Below are positions 14,046 to 25,080 of a stretch of 64,000 bases of DNA, piece after piece; positions within the stretch are counted from its first letter, which is position 1, and the number at the start of each line of letters is the position of its first letter. The translations under genes and the position numbers were made by a program. The notes under the pieces were generated by a model. The model did not search any database and was not told where the DNA came from. It was given only the letters and a program-made list of their open reading frames with translations. Source of the stretch: an uncultured Acidobacteriota bacterium (GTDB taxonomy: Bacteria; Acidobacteriota; Vicinamibacteria; Vicinamibacterales; SCN-69-37); contig CAWFLT010000006.1 in assembly GCA_963816795.1 (NCBI GenBank), positions 32,953 to 96,952 of the forward strand, read 5' to 3'.

Positions 14046-15162
14046 TCAGACAACCAGCAGGTCGCGGGGCGCGTCGGTCAGCACTTCACAACCCTCGGTC
14101 GTCACGAGCACGTCATCCTCCAGTCGCACACCGCCAAGCCCTTCGACGTAGGCACCAGGCTCGACGGTGCAGACCATGCCAGCCTCGAGACGCGTCGCTC
14201 GATTGGGGGCCTCGCGCGCCAAGCGCGGGGCTTCGTGCACATCCAACCCCAGACCATGACCGGTCGCGTGAAGAAACGCGTCTCCCAGTCCGCGCGCCTC
14301 GAGCACCTGGCGCGCCGCCGCGTCGACGCCGGATGAAAGCGCGCCGGCGCGCACCGTAGCGACCGCCGCCGCATGAGCCTCCCGGACGGCATCGAACAAC
14401 GCCCGGGCTTCCGCACTAACCTGACCGATTCCGGCCATCCGGGTCAGGTCGCCGCAGTATCCGTCTAACCGGCCGCCGAAGTCCAGCACCACCAGGTCGC
14501 CGCTGACCAGGCGGCGATCGGTCGGCCGCGCATGCGGGTGCGCGCTGTTCGGGCCGGACGCCACGATGGTGGGGAACGCATTCTCCGAGAATCCGGCGGA
14601 GTCCATCGCCTGATCGATCGCCCGCGCGACCTCGCGTTCCGTGCGCCCTTCGCGGACCAGCGTCCTGAGGTTCCGCGCGATTTCCGCCAGCGCGGCAGCG
14701 GCGCGGCGCAGCGCGAACACTTCACTCGCATCCTTGATCATCCGTCGCGAGGCCACGACACGGTCAACAGGGATCCAACTGACGGCTGGCACGGCCGCCT
14801 GCCACTGCTGCCATCCAGCGACCGTGACCTCTTCGGCCTCGAAGCCAACCCGCCCGCCGGCGATCTCGCCCAGCGCCTCCAGAAGCGTGGCGTCGTACCG
14901 CAGCGTCACCGGCTGAACGAGGACCGGTCCCAGTCTCCCCCGTCTCGACCAGCTGCCGCGCGATCCCGACGTACCGGCCATCGACGATGAGCTGGGTGCG
15001 GCCGGCCAGATCCAGCAGCAGACCGGCCGAGCCGCGAAAGCCACACAAATAGGTGAGGTTGGCAGGTGCCGACACGACGAACGCCTCGAGATCCTGCGCT
15101 CGGTAGTCGCTGCGGAAGCGTTGGAGCCGCCCGGCCCAATCCGGGAGCGGACGATCGGCCAT
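14046..15162 (-). CDS. Xaa-Pro aminopeptidase, M24 family (frameshifts near the N-terminus)
   Basis: NLTYLCGFRGS, FPTIVASGPNSAHPH, DLTR, HATGHGLGLDVHE, TVEPGAY, GVRLEDD. Confidence 0.92.
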
Positions 15163-15252
15163 GCGTACGGTCAGGACACGATTCTGCCATCAAACGGTGA
15201 TGTGCAGTTGGCGGGCCCCAACCCGGCCCGCCTCGTACTGCCGCGCAGACTC

Positions 15253-16256
15253 CTAGTCAAGCGCCTGGACAACCATGATCGTCCTCGCAATCGCGTTCTT
15301 CTGGCCGGCACTGTCGGTCACCACAAGTGTGACCGTGAACGTGCCCGGCTGCGTGTACGTGTGGAAGGGCGCGATGCCACCGGCGTGCGGTGCGCCGTCG
15401 CCGAAGTCCCACTCGTACCCGACGATTTCGCGTCCGAGCGCCGCGGTCGACTGCGCCGCGTTGAAGCTCACCGCGGACCCGGTGCGCCCAGGTGTCGGCG
15501 AGAACGTGAACGCCGCGGTCGGTGCGGTATTGGCGGAGACCGTGACCGTCTGCGGCGCTGAAGTGTCGCGGCCGCCCCCGTTGTCTGTCACCGTCAACGT
15601 GGCCTGGAACGTGCCGGGGAGCGAGTAGGCGTGCGTCGCGCGCTGGCCGGATCCACTGCCGCCATCGCCAAAGTTCCACACATACGAAACGATTCCGCAC
15701 GTCGTCGGTCGATGCCGAGCCGTCGAACACCACGTCTTCACCGGTCTTGGGCGATGACGGGGTGACGAAGAAGACGGCCTTCGGCGCGCCGTTGGGCGGG
15801 TTGAGGACGCCCGGCCGCGACAAGCGCAGGCTCACCGTCCGCGCAATCGTGCCCTGATAGTTGGATCCCACCGGCGTCACGATGATGTCGATGACGAGTC
15901 GGAGCCCGCGGTGGGCGGCGGCGGAGGCGGCGCCACGTAGACCGCCGAGGCGCGACCGTCGTTGTTGGTCGTGATCGTGCGCGCCGACAGCGTGCCGACG
16001 TCGGCGACGACGCTGCCCGACTGCGGTTTCGAGGCGCAGCCACAGGCCGCGGACGGGCTGGCTGTGACCGTCACGGGCGACGATCTCGATCGTCGCCCGT
16101 GACGCGCCATCCTGCGTGAGGATGTCCGGCGTCACGGTAATGGCCAGCGAGAGGCCCAGTTCCGAAGGTCCGGCGAGCGACGGCATCGCCTGCTTGTCGA
16201 GCGAGCAGCCGGCCAGTGCCACGAGGGCGGCCAACGCGAGAATTCGTCGACGTCAT
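15253..16256 (-). CDS. Lipoprotein with an Ig-like domain and two PKD domains (frameshifted)
   Basis: Lipobox LAGC; PKD motifs WNFGDG...HAYSLPGTF and WDFGDG...HTYTQPGTFTVTLVVTD. Confidence 0.8.
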
Positions 16257-16928
16257 CACGCGAGCACCCCTTGGTTGCCGGCGCCGGAGCCCGATTCCGG
16301 ATCGGCCCAGTCGGCAAAATTCACACCGATCGTTCCCGACACGCTCACCTGACGACCGGCCTGGTCGCGCCCGTAGAACGTGACCTCCGCGACCGTCGAG
16401 ATCGCCAGCGCGCCGCCGAGACTGCGCAGCGCCATCAGCGGCGCTTCCAGCTTCGCCTGCACGCGCACCAGCGTAAAGTCGCCCGTAGCGCCAGAAGCCA
16501 GCGCGGTGAACGTCATCGCGCCATCGAACGCGTAGGGCACATCGACGCCCTGCTGATTCCGCCCGTCGGAGCGCAGGAAGCGCACACGGTAGCGGTGCAG
16601 CGTGATGAGGTTGGTGCTCGACGGGAGGTTCGGATTCTCCACCGCACCCGGATCTTTCATGACCGTGCGCACGCGTGACTTGCCCGTTGTCGGCGAAGAT
16701 CCCGCCCCTGGTCAGGACGTCGGACGCCAGCACACCCGAGAACTTGGCCGGCTCGGCGCCTGACGCCCCGAAGAGCGTGTCGATCCGCAGATACGCCGCC
16801 GACTCGCCCGTCGTCTGCTGGCTGGTGCAACCGGGCACCGGCGCCAGCGTCGCGACGGCACGATCCCTGCCCGGGCGGCGAACCGGCCCGAACCTGGTGG
16901 CCTGACCCGAATCCCTGTGCATGCTCAT
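16256..16928 (-). CDS. Hypothetical beta-rich probable lipoprotein following pilQ (frameshift near 16675)
   Basis: PGCTSQQ N-terminus; C-terminal RSDGRNQQGVDVPY...VNFADWAD; overlaps both neighbours' start/stop codons. Confidence 0.65.
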
Positions 16929-18329
16929 GGCTGGCCTCGAATGATGCGCGGCGTGATGAAGATCAGCAGTTCCTGGCTCTCGTTGCGGTTGTCGGTCCGC
17001 TTGAAGAGCCAGCCGAGGAGCGGGATGTTGCTCACGCCCGGCGTCTTGTCTTCTGTGGTGGTCTCCTGCGCCCGAACGATGCCGCCGATGACCGTCGTCG
17101 TGCCGTCGCTCACCTGGACTTGCGTGTCGGCGCGCTGCGTGTTGATCGACGGGTTGCCGTTGACGGCGCGGCTGAAGTCCGGCAGCGCGTTCTCGAGCAC
17201 GATGCGCATGATCACGGTGTTGGCGGCCGTGATTTGCGGCGTCACGAGCAGCTTGAGCGCCGCCGACTTGAACTGGACCGTGACGGTGTTGTTGGCGACG
17301 ATCTGAATCGGGATTTCGAAGCCCTGGGTCACTTCCGCCGCCTTGTTGTTCTGCGTCGTCACGCGCGGCGTCGACAGAATCTTGACCTTGCCTTGGTGTT
17401 CGAGCGCCGAGAGCGCGAGGTCGAGCCCGAACGCGCCGTTGATGGCCCCGAGCGACAGGCCCAGCGCCGATGAGGCGCCGACGACCGGAAGGTTGATGGC
17501 GGTGCCGGTGTTCTCGAGCCCCGTCGCGCGCGGATCGTTGGGCCCCTGCTGCACCGAGCCTTGCGTCCACGCGCCCGGAGGCCGTTCCGCGGTTCGGGAA
17601 GGCGAGGTTGGTCGTGTTGCCGAGCTCCGGCGCGACCCGCCCGTTCATGCCCCACTGCACGCCCAGCGCGCGCGCCGTGTCGCGGTTGGTCTGCAGGATC
17701 TTCGCTTCAATCTCGACCTGCGGCTCCGGTTTGTCGAGCTCGGCAATGATCAGATCGATGTCGGCCAGGTTCTTCGGCAGATCCTGGACGATGACCATGT
17801 TGGTGCGCTCGTTGACTTCGACGCTGCCGCGGTCGGAAACGATGCGGGCGTCTTCGAGCAGTTTCTTCACGTCGGCGGCCGGCGAATAGCTCAGCTTGAT
17901 CCGGCGCATCGCGAGGTCCGGCGCGGCCTGACTGGCGCGCTTCTGCTCGGCCTCCGCCTGCAGCTCCTTCGTCCGTGCGTCACGAGTCAGCACACGGAGC
18001 ACGGGACCGTCGAGCTCGTAGGTCAGCTGGGCGCTCTTCAGCACGACATCCATGACCTGGTCCCACGGCACCTGGGCGAGCTTCAGATCGACGTTCGCGT
18101 TGGACGGCACGCTCGGGTCGATCACGAGATTGAGGCCCCCAATCTCCGACAGAGTGCGCAGGACCGTGCGGAGGTTGGCCGCCTGGTAGTCGACGTCGAT
18201 CGGCAGGCCGCTGAAGCGGCGCAGCCCGGACTCCTGAGAGGGTTGCTGGCCGCCGTCGGCCAGCACCGATAGCGTGGCGGCAGCCAGGACGAGGGTGGTC
18301 GACAGAAGAATGTGGCGGAAGGTTCTCAT
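16925..18329 (-). CDS. pilQ: Type IV pilus secretin PilQ, short form (frameshift near 17565)
   Basis: VPWDQVMD, QVEIEAKI, KILSTPRVTTQNN, LKLLVTPQI, IPLLGWLFK, ELLIFITPRII. Confidence 0.92.
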
Positions 18330-18782
18330 CGGATGACCTCTGCCACGGGTCGCAGCGTCTTCCGGTGCTCTTGCGGACGCGCCGTAGCGCCGGGCTCGAT
18401 CAGCTCGACGAACACCACGCCTTGAGCATCAATACTCTTGATGGCGGCGTCCAGGATGCGGGCGCCGATCTTGGCGACGTACGACGTGCGATCCGGCCCC
18501 TGCAGAATCGCCATCCGCTGGGTGCCGGCGGTGATGATGCCGGTCACGGTGACGTCGGACACCGAGAAGGACGTCAGCCCCGTGCCGGGCACGGCCACCG
18601 GCAACTGGCTCACGAGGCGCGGGTGGCGTCGTGATAATCAAGCTCGCGAACGGATCGCGTCGTCCGCCGCTGTCGTACCCGGTGACGGGTTCGCCCACCT
18701 TGGTCCCGACAGGAATCTGTCCGGCCGCCGGCGGCGCGACGGCCGACAGCGTCACGAGAAGAACGAGGATGCGAGTGTTCAC
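18326..18782 (-). CDS. pilP: PilP-like protein (frameshift near 18615)
   Basis: YDSGGRRDPFASL, VTGII...AILQGPD..YVAKIG; lies between pilO and pilQ. Confidence 0.75.
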
Positions 18783-19345
18783 GGCCGGTCTTTCTTGAAC
18801 ACGAACGTCGTTGCCAGACAATTCACGGCGACGGTGCCCTTGCCCATTGGTTTCGACCGCGTCTTGATGTCGAGATCGGACACCGAGATCAGGCGCGACA
18901 TCGTGGCCAGCCGATCGAAGAACCGGCCGAGGTCGTGGTAGGTGCCCTCGAGGCCGAGCTGAATCGGCCATTCCGCGTATTGCGGTTTGGCGACCACCGG
19001 TTTGGGGGTGAAGAGCGCGATGTCGAGCGCCGACTCGCTGGCCAGTTCGTAAAGGTGGCGCAGCACGTCCTGCGGATCCTTCTCGTCCGGAATCACCGTC
19101 GTCGTCTCGCGCAGCGCGACTTCGAGGGCTCGTACTTCGCGCTGGACGACCGGCAGCCGGCCGGCGACGGCCTGGACCTTGGCGACTTCGCCCTGGATCG
19201 TTGACAGCCGCGCGCGGACCGACTCGAGTTGCGACTGCTCGGGGCCAATCAACAGTTGCCAGGCGCCGGCGACCGCCAGACCGGTGACGAGGACGAAGAC
19301 GGTCGTCTGCTCTCGCGGCGACAGTTCATGAAAGCTCCTCGCCAT
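18779..19345 (-). CDS. pilO: Type IV pilus assembly protein PilO
   Basis: TM helix, coiled coil, YAEWPIQLGLEGTYHDLGRFF, ATTFVF. Confidence 0.9.
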   Translation of the reverse strand: MARSFHELSPREQTTVFVLVTGLAVAGAWQLLIGPEQSQLESVRARLSTIQGEVAKVQAVAGRLPVVQREVRALEVALRETTTVIPDEKDPQDVLRHLYELASESALDIALFTPKPVVAKPQYAEWPIQLGLEGTYHDLGRFFDRLATMSRLISVSDLDIKTRSKPMGKGTVAVNCLATTFVFKKDRP

Positions 19346-19347
19346 GA

Positions 19348-19977
19348 CTAGACTCCCGCTTTCGGCCGCGGCGCGGCGGCACCGGGCGCCGCCGGCGTCA
19401 CCGGTGTTTCAGGCACGAGCGGGGTCTGCGCATCGGCCCTGAGCGAGAACTTCACCACCGTGGCTTCCTCGACCAGTTCGGTCGCGGTCGACAGAATCTC
19501 GACCGGCATCTTGAACAGCCCGGATCGCTGCATCGTCTCGGCGAAGTCGGTGACCGAGGTCAGCGACATCGCGCGGCCGTCGACTTGCACGGACGAATTG
19601 GCCTGCTTGATCGACGTCAACCAGAGACCCTCGGGCAGGGCACGGCTGACGGTCTCCAGCAGGCTGACCGGCGCCCGCTTGGCGTGACGCAATCGGTCGA
19701 TGAGGCTCAGCCGCTCGGCCAGCTCGCTCTTGCGCGCGGCGGCGGCATCCACCAGCTTGACCGCGTCCTTCAACCGTTCGAGACGGGCCTGTGCCTGGGT
19801 AATCTGCACCTCGGTCCCTGCGCGCTGGTTCTTCAAGAGCCACCACCAGCCGCCGACGCCGGCGATCGTCGCGACGAGCAGCAGCACGCCGAGCGCGGCC
19901 GGGCGCTGTTCGCGCGGCAGCCACTCGCGTCGCGGCACCGCACCCGGTCCGGTTGAAAGCAGGTTGACGCGAATCAT
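19348..19977 (-). CDS. pilN: Type IV pilus assembly protein PilN
   Basis: MIRVNLL N-terminal motif, TM helix, LPEGLWLTSI. Confidence 0.9.
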   Translation of the reverse strand: MIRVNLLSTGPGAVPRREWLPREQRPAALGVLLLVATIAGVGGWWWLLKNQRAGTEVQITQAQARLERLKDAVKLVDAAAARKSELAERLSLIDRLRHAKRAPVSLLETVSRALPEGLWLTSIKQANSSVQVDGRAMSLTSVTDFAETMQRSGLFKMPVEILSTATELVEEATVVKFSLRADAQTPLVPETPVTPAAPGAAAPRPKAGV

Positions 19978-21041
19978 CGATCGCCTTCCTGTCGCATCGC
20001 GAGGCCGACGGCCACTGCATAGGCAGGGCCCGCGACATCGACGCCAATCGCGCGGCTCGATCGCGCTACACGCCGGAACGGATCGAAAACATCGACCGGC
20101 GCGCCGAACTCACTGCCGAGCAGGTCGACCAGCCCCACGGCTTCCCAGGCCCCGCCCGAGAGAACGATGCGGCTGAGGCGCTCTACGGGAGCGGTTGCGC
20201 GATAGAAATCGACCGTCTTGCGAACTTCGAGAACGAGCTGCGCGCTCGCTTCACGCAGGATGCCGGCGACCTGATCGGCGTTGACGTCGGCCGGGAACCG
20301 GCCGTTGAGAATCTGCTCGGCGGACGCATCGTCGACCCCGGCCGGCCCCAGATCGCGGAGCAGTGCATCGACGTGCACCTGCCCGCCAATTGAAATGTCT
20401 CGGGTGAAGATGGGCGCCCCGCGTTCGAGCACACACACAATCGTGATCCCGCGGCCGATGTGAATGAGCGCCGCCAGCGCATCGGTGCGCTCCGGGTAAT
20501 TCATCTGATAGGCGTTGGCGAGCGCGAACGCCTCGATGTCGAGCACGACCGCCTGGCAGCCGGTCTGGTTAATGACGCCAGCACGGTTGTCGATGCGATC
20601 CTTCTTGGCAGCGACGAGCAGCACGTCGAGCCCGGACTTGGACGCGTCGGTGGCCGAGTTGACGACTTGATAGTCGAGTTGGACTTCGCTCAGGTCGAAG
20701 GGAATGTACTGTTCGGCTTCCCAGGGAATCGCGTCGTCCAATTCGGGCAGGCTCATGGACGGCAGCGACAGCCGCTTGACGATCACGGCGTGGCCGGAGA
20801 GGGCGCTCGCGACGCGGGCGCGCTTCATCTCGAGCGAGTCGAGCAGGCGGCTGACGGCTTCGCTCACGACCGCCGGATCGCTGGCGGCGCCGTCCTGCAT
20901 GCTGCCTTCTGGCAGCGGAGTTTCACCGGCGGCGACAAGCGACCAGCCGGCGCGACCGCGTTTGAGGGCGACGGCTTTGACGCCGCTCGATCCGATGTCA
21001 ACGCCGACGACGGGCGGGCGCAAGGCTGACGGGAACGTCAT
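19974..21041 (-). CDS. pilM: Type IV pilus assembly protein PilM
   Basis: GVDIGSSGVK, WEAEQYIPF, VLLVAAKK, LSGG, AVAVGLAMR. Confidence 0.93.
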   Translation of the reverse strand: MTFPSALRPPVVGVDIGSSGVKAVALKRGRAGWSLVAAGETPLPEGSMQDGAASDPAVVSEAVSRLLDSLEMKRARVASALSGHAVIVKRLSLPSMSLPELDDAIPWEAEQYIPFDLSEVQLDYQVVNSATDASKSGLDVLLVAAKKDRIDNRAGVINQTGCQAVVLDIEAFALANAYQMNYPERTDALAALIHIGRGITIVCVLERGAPIFTRDISIGGQVHVDALLRDLGPAGVDDASAEQILNGRFPADVNADQVAGILREASAQLVLEVRKTVDFYRATAPVERLSRIVLSGGAWEAVGLVDLLGSEFGAPVDVFDPFRRVARSSRAIGVDVAGPAYAVAVGLAMRQEGDR

Positions 21042-21058
21042 GGCAACGAGGCTGTAGG

Positions 21059-21073
21059 GCAAGCCTGATGCCA
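21059..21073 (-). promoter_or_regulatory. Sigma-54 (-24/-12) promoter of the pilMNOPQ operon
   Basis: Minus strand TGGCATCAGGCTTGC matches TGGCAC-N5-TTGC with exact GG-N10-GC spacing, just upstream of pilM. Confidence 0.7.
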
Positions 21074-21273
21074 GGAATCATCATTCCCGGGGAAGACCGG
21101 TGTCGGCTGATACTGTCGGTGTGACCTGCAGAATCGCCCGACGCGCAAAAGTGCGAGGAACCCCAGCAATTACGGGCGGTTCTTGCGGTAGCGCCATCGT
21201 CAATCCAATCGGCACTTGCGATTCGGTCCGAGCCGTGTGAGCCCGGAATGACGAGGACTGACCGGCCCGAAGA

Positions 21274-21302
21274 TTGACATTTTTTCAATCGACCCCTATG
21301 AT
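21274..21302 (+). promoter_or_regulatory. Sigma-70 promoter of the rplM operon
   Basis: TTGACA-17 nt-TATGAT. Confidence 0.8.
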
Positions 21303-21343
21303 GTGGGTTTGCCGTTTCTGCAATACGGCTGAAAGGTCGTGGC

Positions 21344-21775
21344 ATGCGTACGGGTAAGGCCGCTCAAGCGTCGATAGAACGCGAGTGGCACGTGATCGAT
21401 GCGGACGGACAGGTGCTGGGCAGAATCGCCACGCGCGCTGCCCGTTTGCTGCAGGGCAAGCACAAACCTACCTGGACGCCGTTCCTCGATCGCGGCGATC
21501 ACGTCGTCGTCATCAACGCGGCGCGCGTGCGCCTGACGGGGCGCAAGGAAGACCAGAAGATCTACCGCCAGCACAGCGGCTACGAGGGCGGCCTGCGCGA
21601 AACGCGCGCCCGCATCGTGCGCAGCACGCATCCGGTCCGGCTCGTCGAGGACGCCGTGCAGGGGATGCTGCCCAAGACGAAGCTGGGCAAGGCGATGTAT
21701 CGCAAATTGAAAGTGTACGCGGCGGCCGAGCATCCTCATGCCGCGCAGAAGCCGCATCAGCTCGAGGTCGTGTAA
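21344..21775 (+). CDS. rplM: 50S ribosomal protein L13
   Basis: [34 protein letters not shown]. Confidence 0.98.
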   Translation: MRTGKAAQASIEREWHVIDADGQVLGRIATRAARLLQGKHKPTWTPFLDRGDHVVVINAARVRLTGRKEDQKIYRQHSGYEGGLRETRARIVRSTHPVRLVEDAVQGMLPKTKLGKAMYRKLKVYAAAEHPHAAQKPHQLEVV

Positions 21776-21777
21776 CT

Positions 21778-22170
21778 TTGGCTACGACGCAGTATTACGG
21801 TACCGGCCGACGCAAGACGTCCACCGCACGCGTGTTCCTCCGGCCCGGCAAGGGCACCATCACCATCAACAAAGCGCCGATCGAAGCCAGCTTCCCCACT
21901 GAGACGCTTCGGCTGGTGATCCGCCAGCCCCTGGTGCTGACCGAGACCGCGGAGCGGTTCGACATCCTGGCGACGACGGCCGGCGGGGGCATCGCCGGGC
22001 AGGCGGGCGCCCTTCGGCTGGGCATCGCCCGCGCCCTGGTCGATTACGATGCGGAACTGCGGTCCCGGCTGCGCAAGGCCGGCCTCCTGACGCGTGATCC
22101 CCGCGCGAAGGAGCGCAAGAAGTACGGCATGGCCGGAGCGCGTAAGCGCTTCCAGTTCAGCAAGCGTTAA
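21778..22170 (+). CDS. rpsI: 30S ribosomal protein S9
   Basis: [34 protein letters not shown]...QFSKR; TTG start. Confidence 0.98.
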   Translation: MATTQYYGTGRRKTSTARVFLRPGKGTITINKAPIEASFPTETLRLVIRQPLVLTETAERFDILATTAGGGIAGQAGALRLGIARALVDYDAELRSRLRKAGLLTRDPRAKERKKYGMAGARKRFQFSKR

Positions 22171-22184
22171 TTAGTTAGGCGGAG

Positions 22185-22252
22185 TCGTAGCGCGGACCGG
22201 CTGGCGGTCCGCGACGCCACGGGCCCTCCGGCCCGCCCTACGAGCCGAGGAG
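22185..22252 (+). promoter_or_regulatory. Structured rpsB leader (candidate S2 autoregulatory RNA)
   Basis: TCGTAG/CTACGA closing stem encloses hairpins CGCGGACCG/CGGTCCGCG and CGGGCC/GGCCCG, directly 5' of the GAGGAG ribosome-binding site. Confidence 0.5.
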
Positions 22253-22262
22253 ACGGCACAGC

Positions 22263-23019
22263 TTGAACGCGATCGCCATGAAAGACCTGCTCGAGGCTGG
22301 AGTCCATTTCGGGCACCAGACCAAACGCTGGAACCCAAAGATGAAGCAATTCATCTTCGGGGAACGGAACGGCATTTACATCATCGACCTTGGTCGGACC
22401 TCCAAGCTCTACAAGGAGGCGGCCGACTTCGTCGGCAACGTGGCCGGCCAGGGCGGGACGGTGCTGTTCGTCGGGACCAAGCGCCAGGCTCAGGATGCGA
22501 TCGCGGAGGAAGCGACGCGCTGCGGCATGTACTTCGTCAATCAGCGGTGGCTCGGCGGCCTGCTCACCAACTTCTCCACCATTCAGCGGAGTCTGGGCCG
22601 GCTGCGTGAGCTCGAAGCGATGCTCACCGACGAGCGTCACGAGACGCTCTCGAAGAAGGAAATTGCCCGCCTCGACAAGGAACGCCGCAAGCTCGCGAAG
22701 AACCTCGACGGCATCCGTGGCATGTCGCGCCTGCCGGACGCCGTCTTCGTGGTCGACACCAAGCACGAGCAGATTGCCGTCGACGAGGCCCGCAAGCTCA
22801 AGATCCCCGTCATCGGCGTGGTCGACACCAATTGCGACCCCGACGAAGTGGATTACGTGATTCCCGGCAACGACGACGCCCTGCGCTCCATCCGCCTGTT
22901 CGCGGCGGGGATCGCCGACGCCATCGTCCGGCGGCCGCCGCCTGAACGAAGCCGTCACCGAAACGCCGGCCGAACCGCGTTCGCGTGCGCAGGCCGCTCC
23001 GGCACCGGCGACGGCCTAG
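22263..23019 (+). CDS. rpsB: 30S ribosomal protein S2 (probable frameshift in the C-terminal tail)
   Basis: [41 protein letters not shown]; tail corrected to TAG at 23017. Confidence 0.97.
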
Positions 23020-23034
23020 GGCCGACGGCCCGTC

Positions 23035-23640
23035 ATGTCCGCACCAATATCCGCTGAACTCGTCAAGAAACTCCGCGACCGTACGGGCGCCGGCATGATG
23101 GAGTGCAAGGCGGCGCTCCAGGAGGCGAACGGCGACCTCGAGGAAGCCGTCACGATTCTGCGCAAGCGCGGGCTGGCCACGGCGGCCAAGAAGACGGGCC
23201 GGTCGACAGGCGAGGGCCTGATTGGCTCGTACATCCACCTGGGCGGGAAGATCGGCGTCCTCGTCGAGCTCAACTGCGAATCGGACTTCGTGGCGCGGAC
23301 TGACGACTTCCAGACGCTGCTCAAGGAGATCGGGCTCCAAATTGCGGCCGCGAGCCCGACCTACGTCAAGCGCGACGACGTGCCGGCGGACGTCCTCGAC
23401 CGCGAACGCAGCATCTTCCGGGCGCAGATGGAGAATTCGGGCAAGCCCCCGCAAGTGATCGACAAGATCATCGAGGGCAAGCTCGGCGCCTTCTACGAGC
23501 AGGTCTGTCTTGTGGACCAGGCCTCGATTCGCGACCCGAAGACGACCGTCGGCCAGCTGATTCAGGCGACGATCGCCAAGCTCGGCGAGAACATCGGCGT
23601 CGCACGGTTCGTCAGGTTTAAAGTCGGGGATACGAACTAG
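23035..23640 (+). CDS. tsf: Elongation factor Ts (short form)
   Basis: [26 protein letters not shown]. Confidence 0.97.
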   Translation: MSAPISAELVKKLRDRTGAGMMECKAALQEANGDLEEAVTILRKRGLATAAKKTGRSTGEGLIGSYIHLGGKIGVLVELNCESDFVARTDDFQTLLKEIGLQIAAASPTYVKRDDVPADVLDRERSIFRAQMENSGKPPQVIDKIIEGKLGAFYEQVCLVDQASIRDPKTTVGQLIQATIAKLGENIGVARFVRFKVGDTN

Positions 23641-23650
23641 TCCAATGCTC

Positions 23651-23712
23651 GTGGTTCCGGGGGTTCCGGAGGTTCCGGGGTTCTGACCTCACCCCGGCCC
23701 CCCCACAACCCG
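23651..23712. repeat. GGTTCCGG tandem repeats with a partial complementary arm
   Basis: GGTTCCGG three times with 9-nt period (23653, 23662, 23671), followed by a C-rich arm. Confidence 0.6.
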
Positions 23713-23719
23713 AATATAA

Positions 23720-24475
<756 letters not shown>

Positions 24476-24493
24476 CCCGCGGAACTCGACGCT

Positions 24494-25063
24494 ATGGATG
24501 TCAACGACCTCAAGGGACTGAACGCAGAAGTCAAGCGGCGGATGGACGCCGCCATCGAACATGTGCGCAAGGAACTGAGCGGGTTGCGGAGCGGACGGGC
24601 GTCCGTTTCGCTGCTCGATCCGGTGCATGTCGAGGCCTACGGCACGATGATGCCGCTCAATCAGGTGGCCTCGCTGTCGGTGCCCGAACCGACGATGATC
24701 GTCGTGACGCCATTCGACCCGACGTTGATCGGCGCGCTCGAGCGCGCCATCCAGAAGGCCAACCTCGGACTGAACCCGGCCTCGGACGGCAAAGTGCTCC
24801 GCGTCCCGATTCCGGCGCTGACCGACGAGCGGCGCAAGGAAATGTCGCGGCTCGTGCACAAGTACGCCGAAGACAGCCGCAACGCGCTCCGGCAGGTCCG
24901 TCGCGATGCCAACGAGCGGTTGAAGAAGCTCCTCAAGGAACACAAGATTTCGGAAGACGACGAGCGGCGCGCGCTCGACGAGGTCCAGAAGATCACGGAC
25001 CAGCATGTCGGCATCGTCGACGATATGCAGAAAAAGAAAGACCAGGAACTGCTGGGCAAGTAG
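24494..25063 (+). CDS. frr: Ribosome recycling factor
   Basis: LRSGRAS, LGLNP..DG, PALTDERRKE, VRRDAN. Confidence 0.97.
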   Translation: MDVNDLKGLNAEVKRRMDAAIEHVRKELSGLRSGRASVSLLDPVHVEAYGTMMPLNQVASLSVPEPTMIVVTPFDPTLIGALERAIQKANLGLNPASDGKVLRVPIPALTDERRKEMSRLVHKYAEDSRNALRQVRRDANERLKKLLKEHKISEDDERRALDEVQKITDQHVGIVDDMQKKKDQELLGK

Positions 25064-25080
25064 CCATTGATCACTGATTA

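Noticed and set aside
11768-14359. Very long alternative ORFs (863 aa here; also 43874-46075, 2956-4542, 23720-25006)
   Set aside because: Antisense shadows of well-supported genes, expected in high-GC DNA
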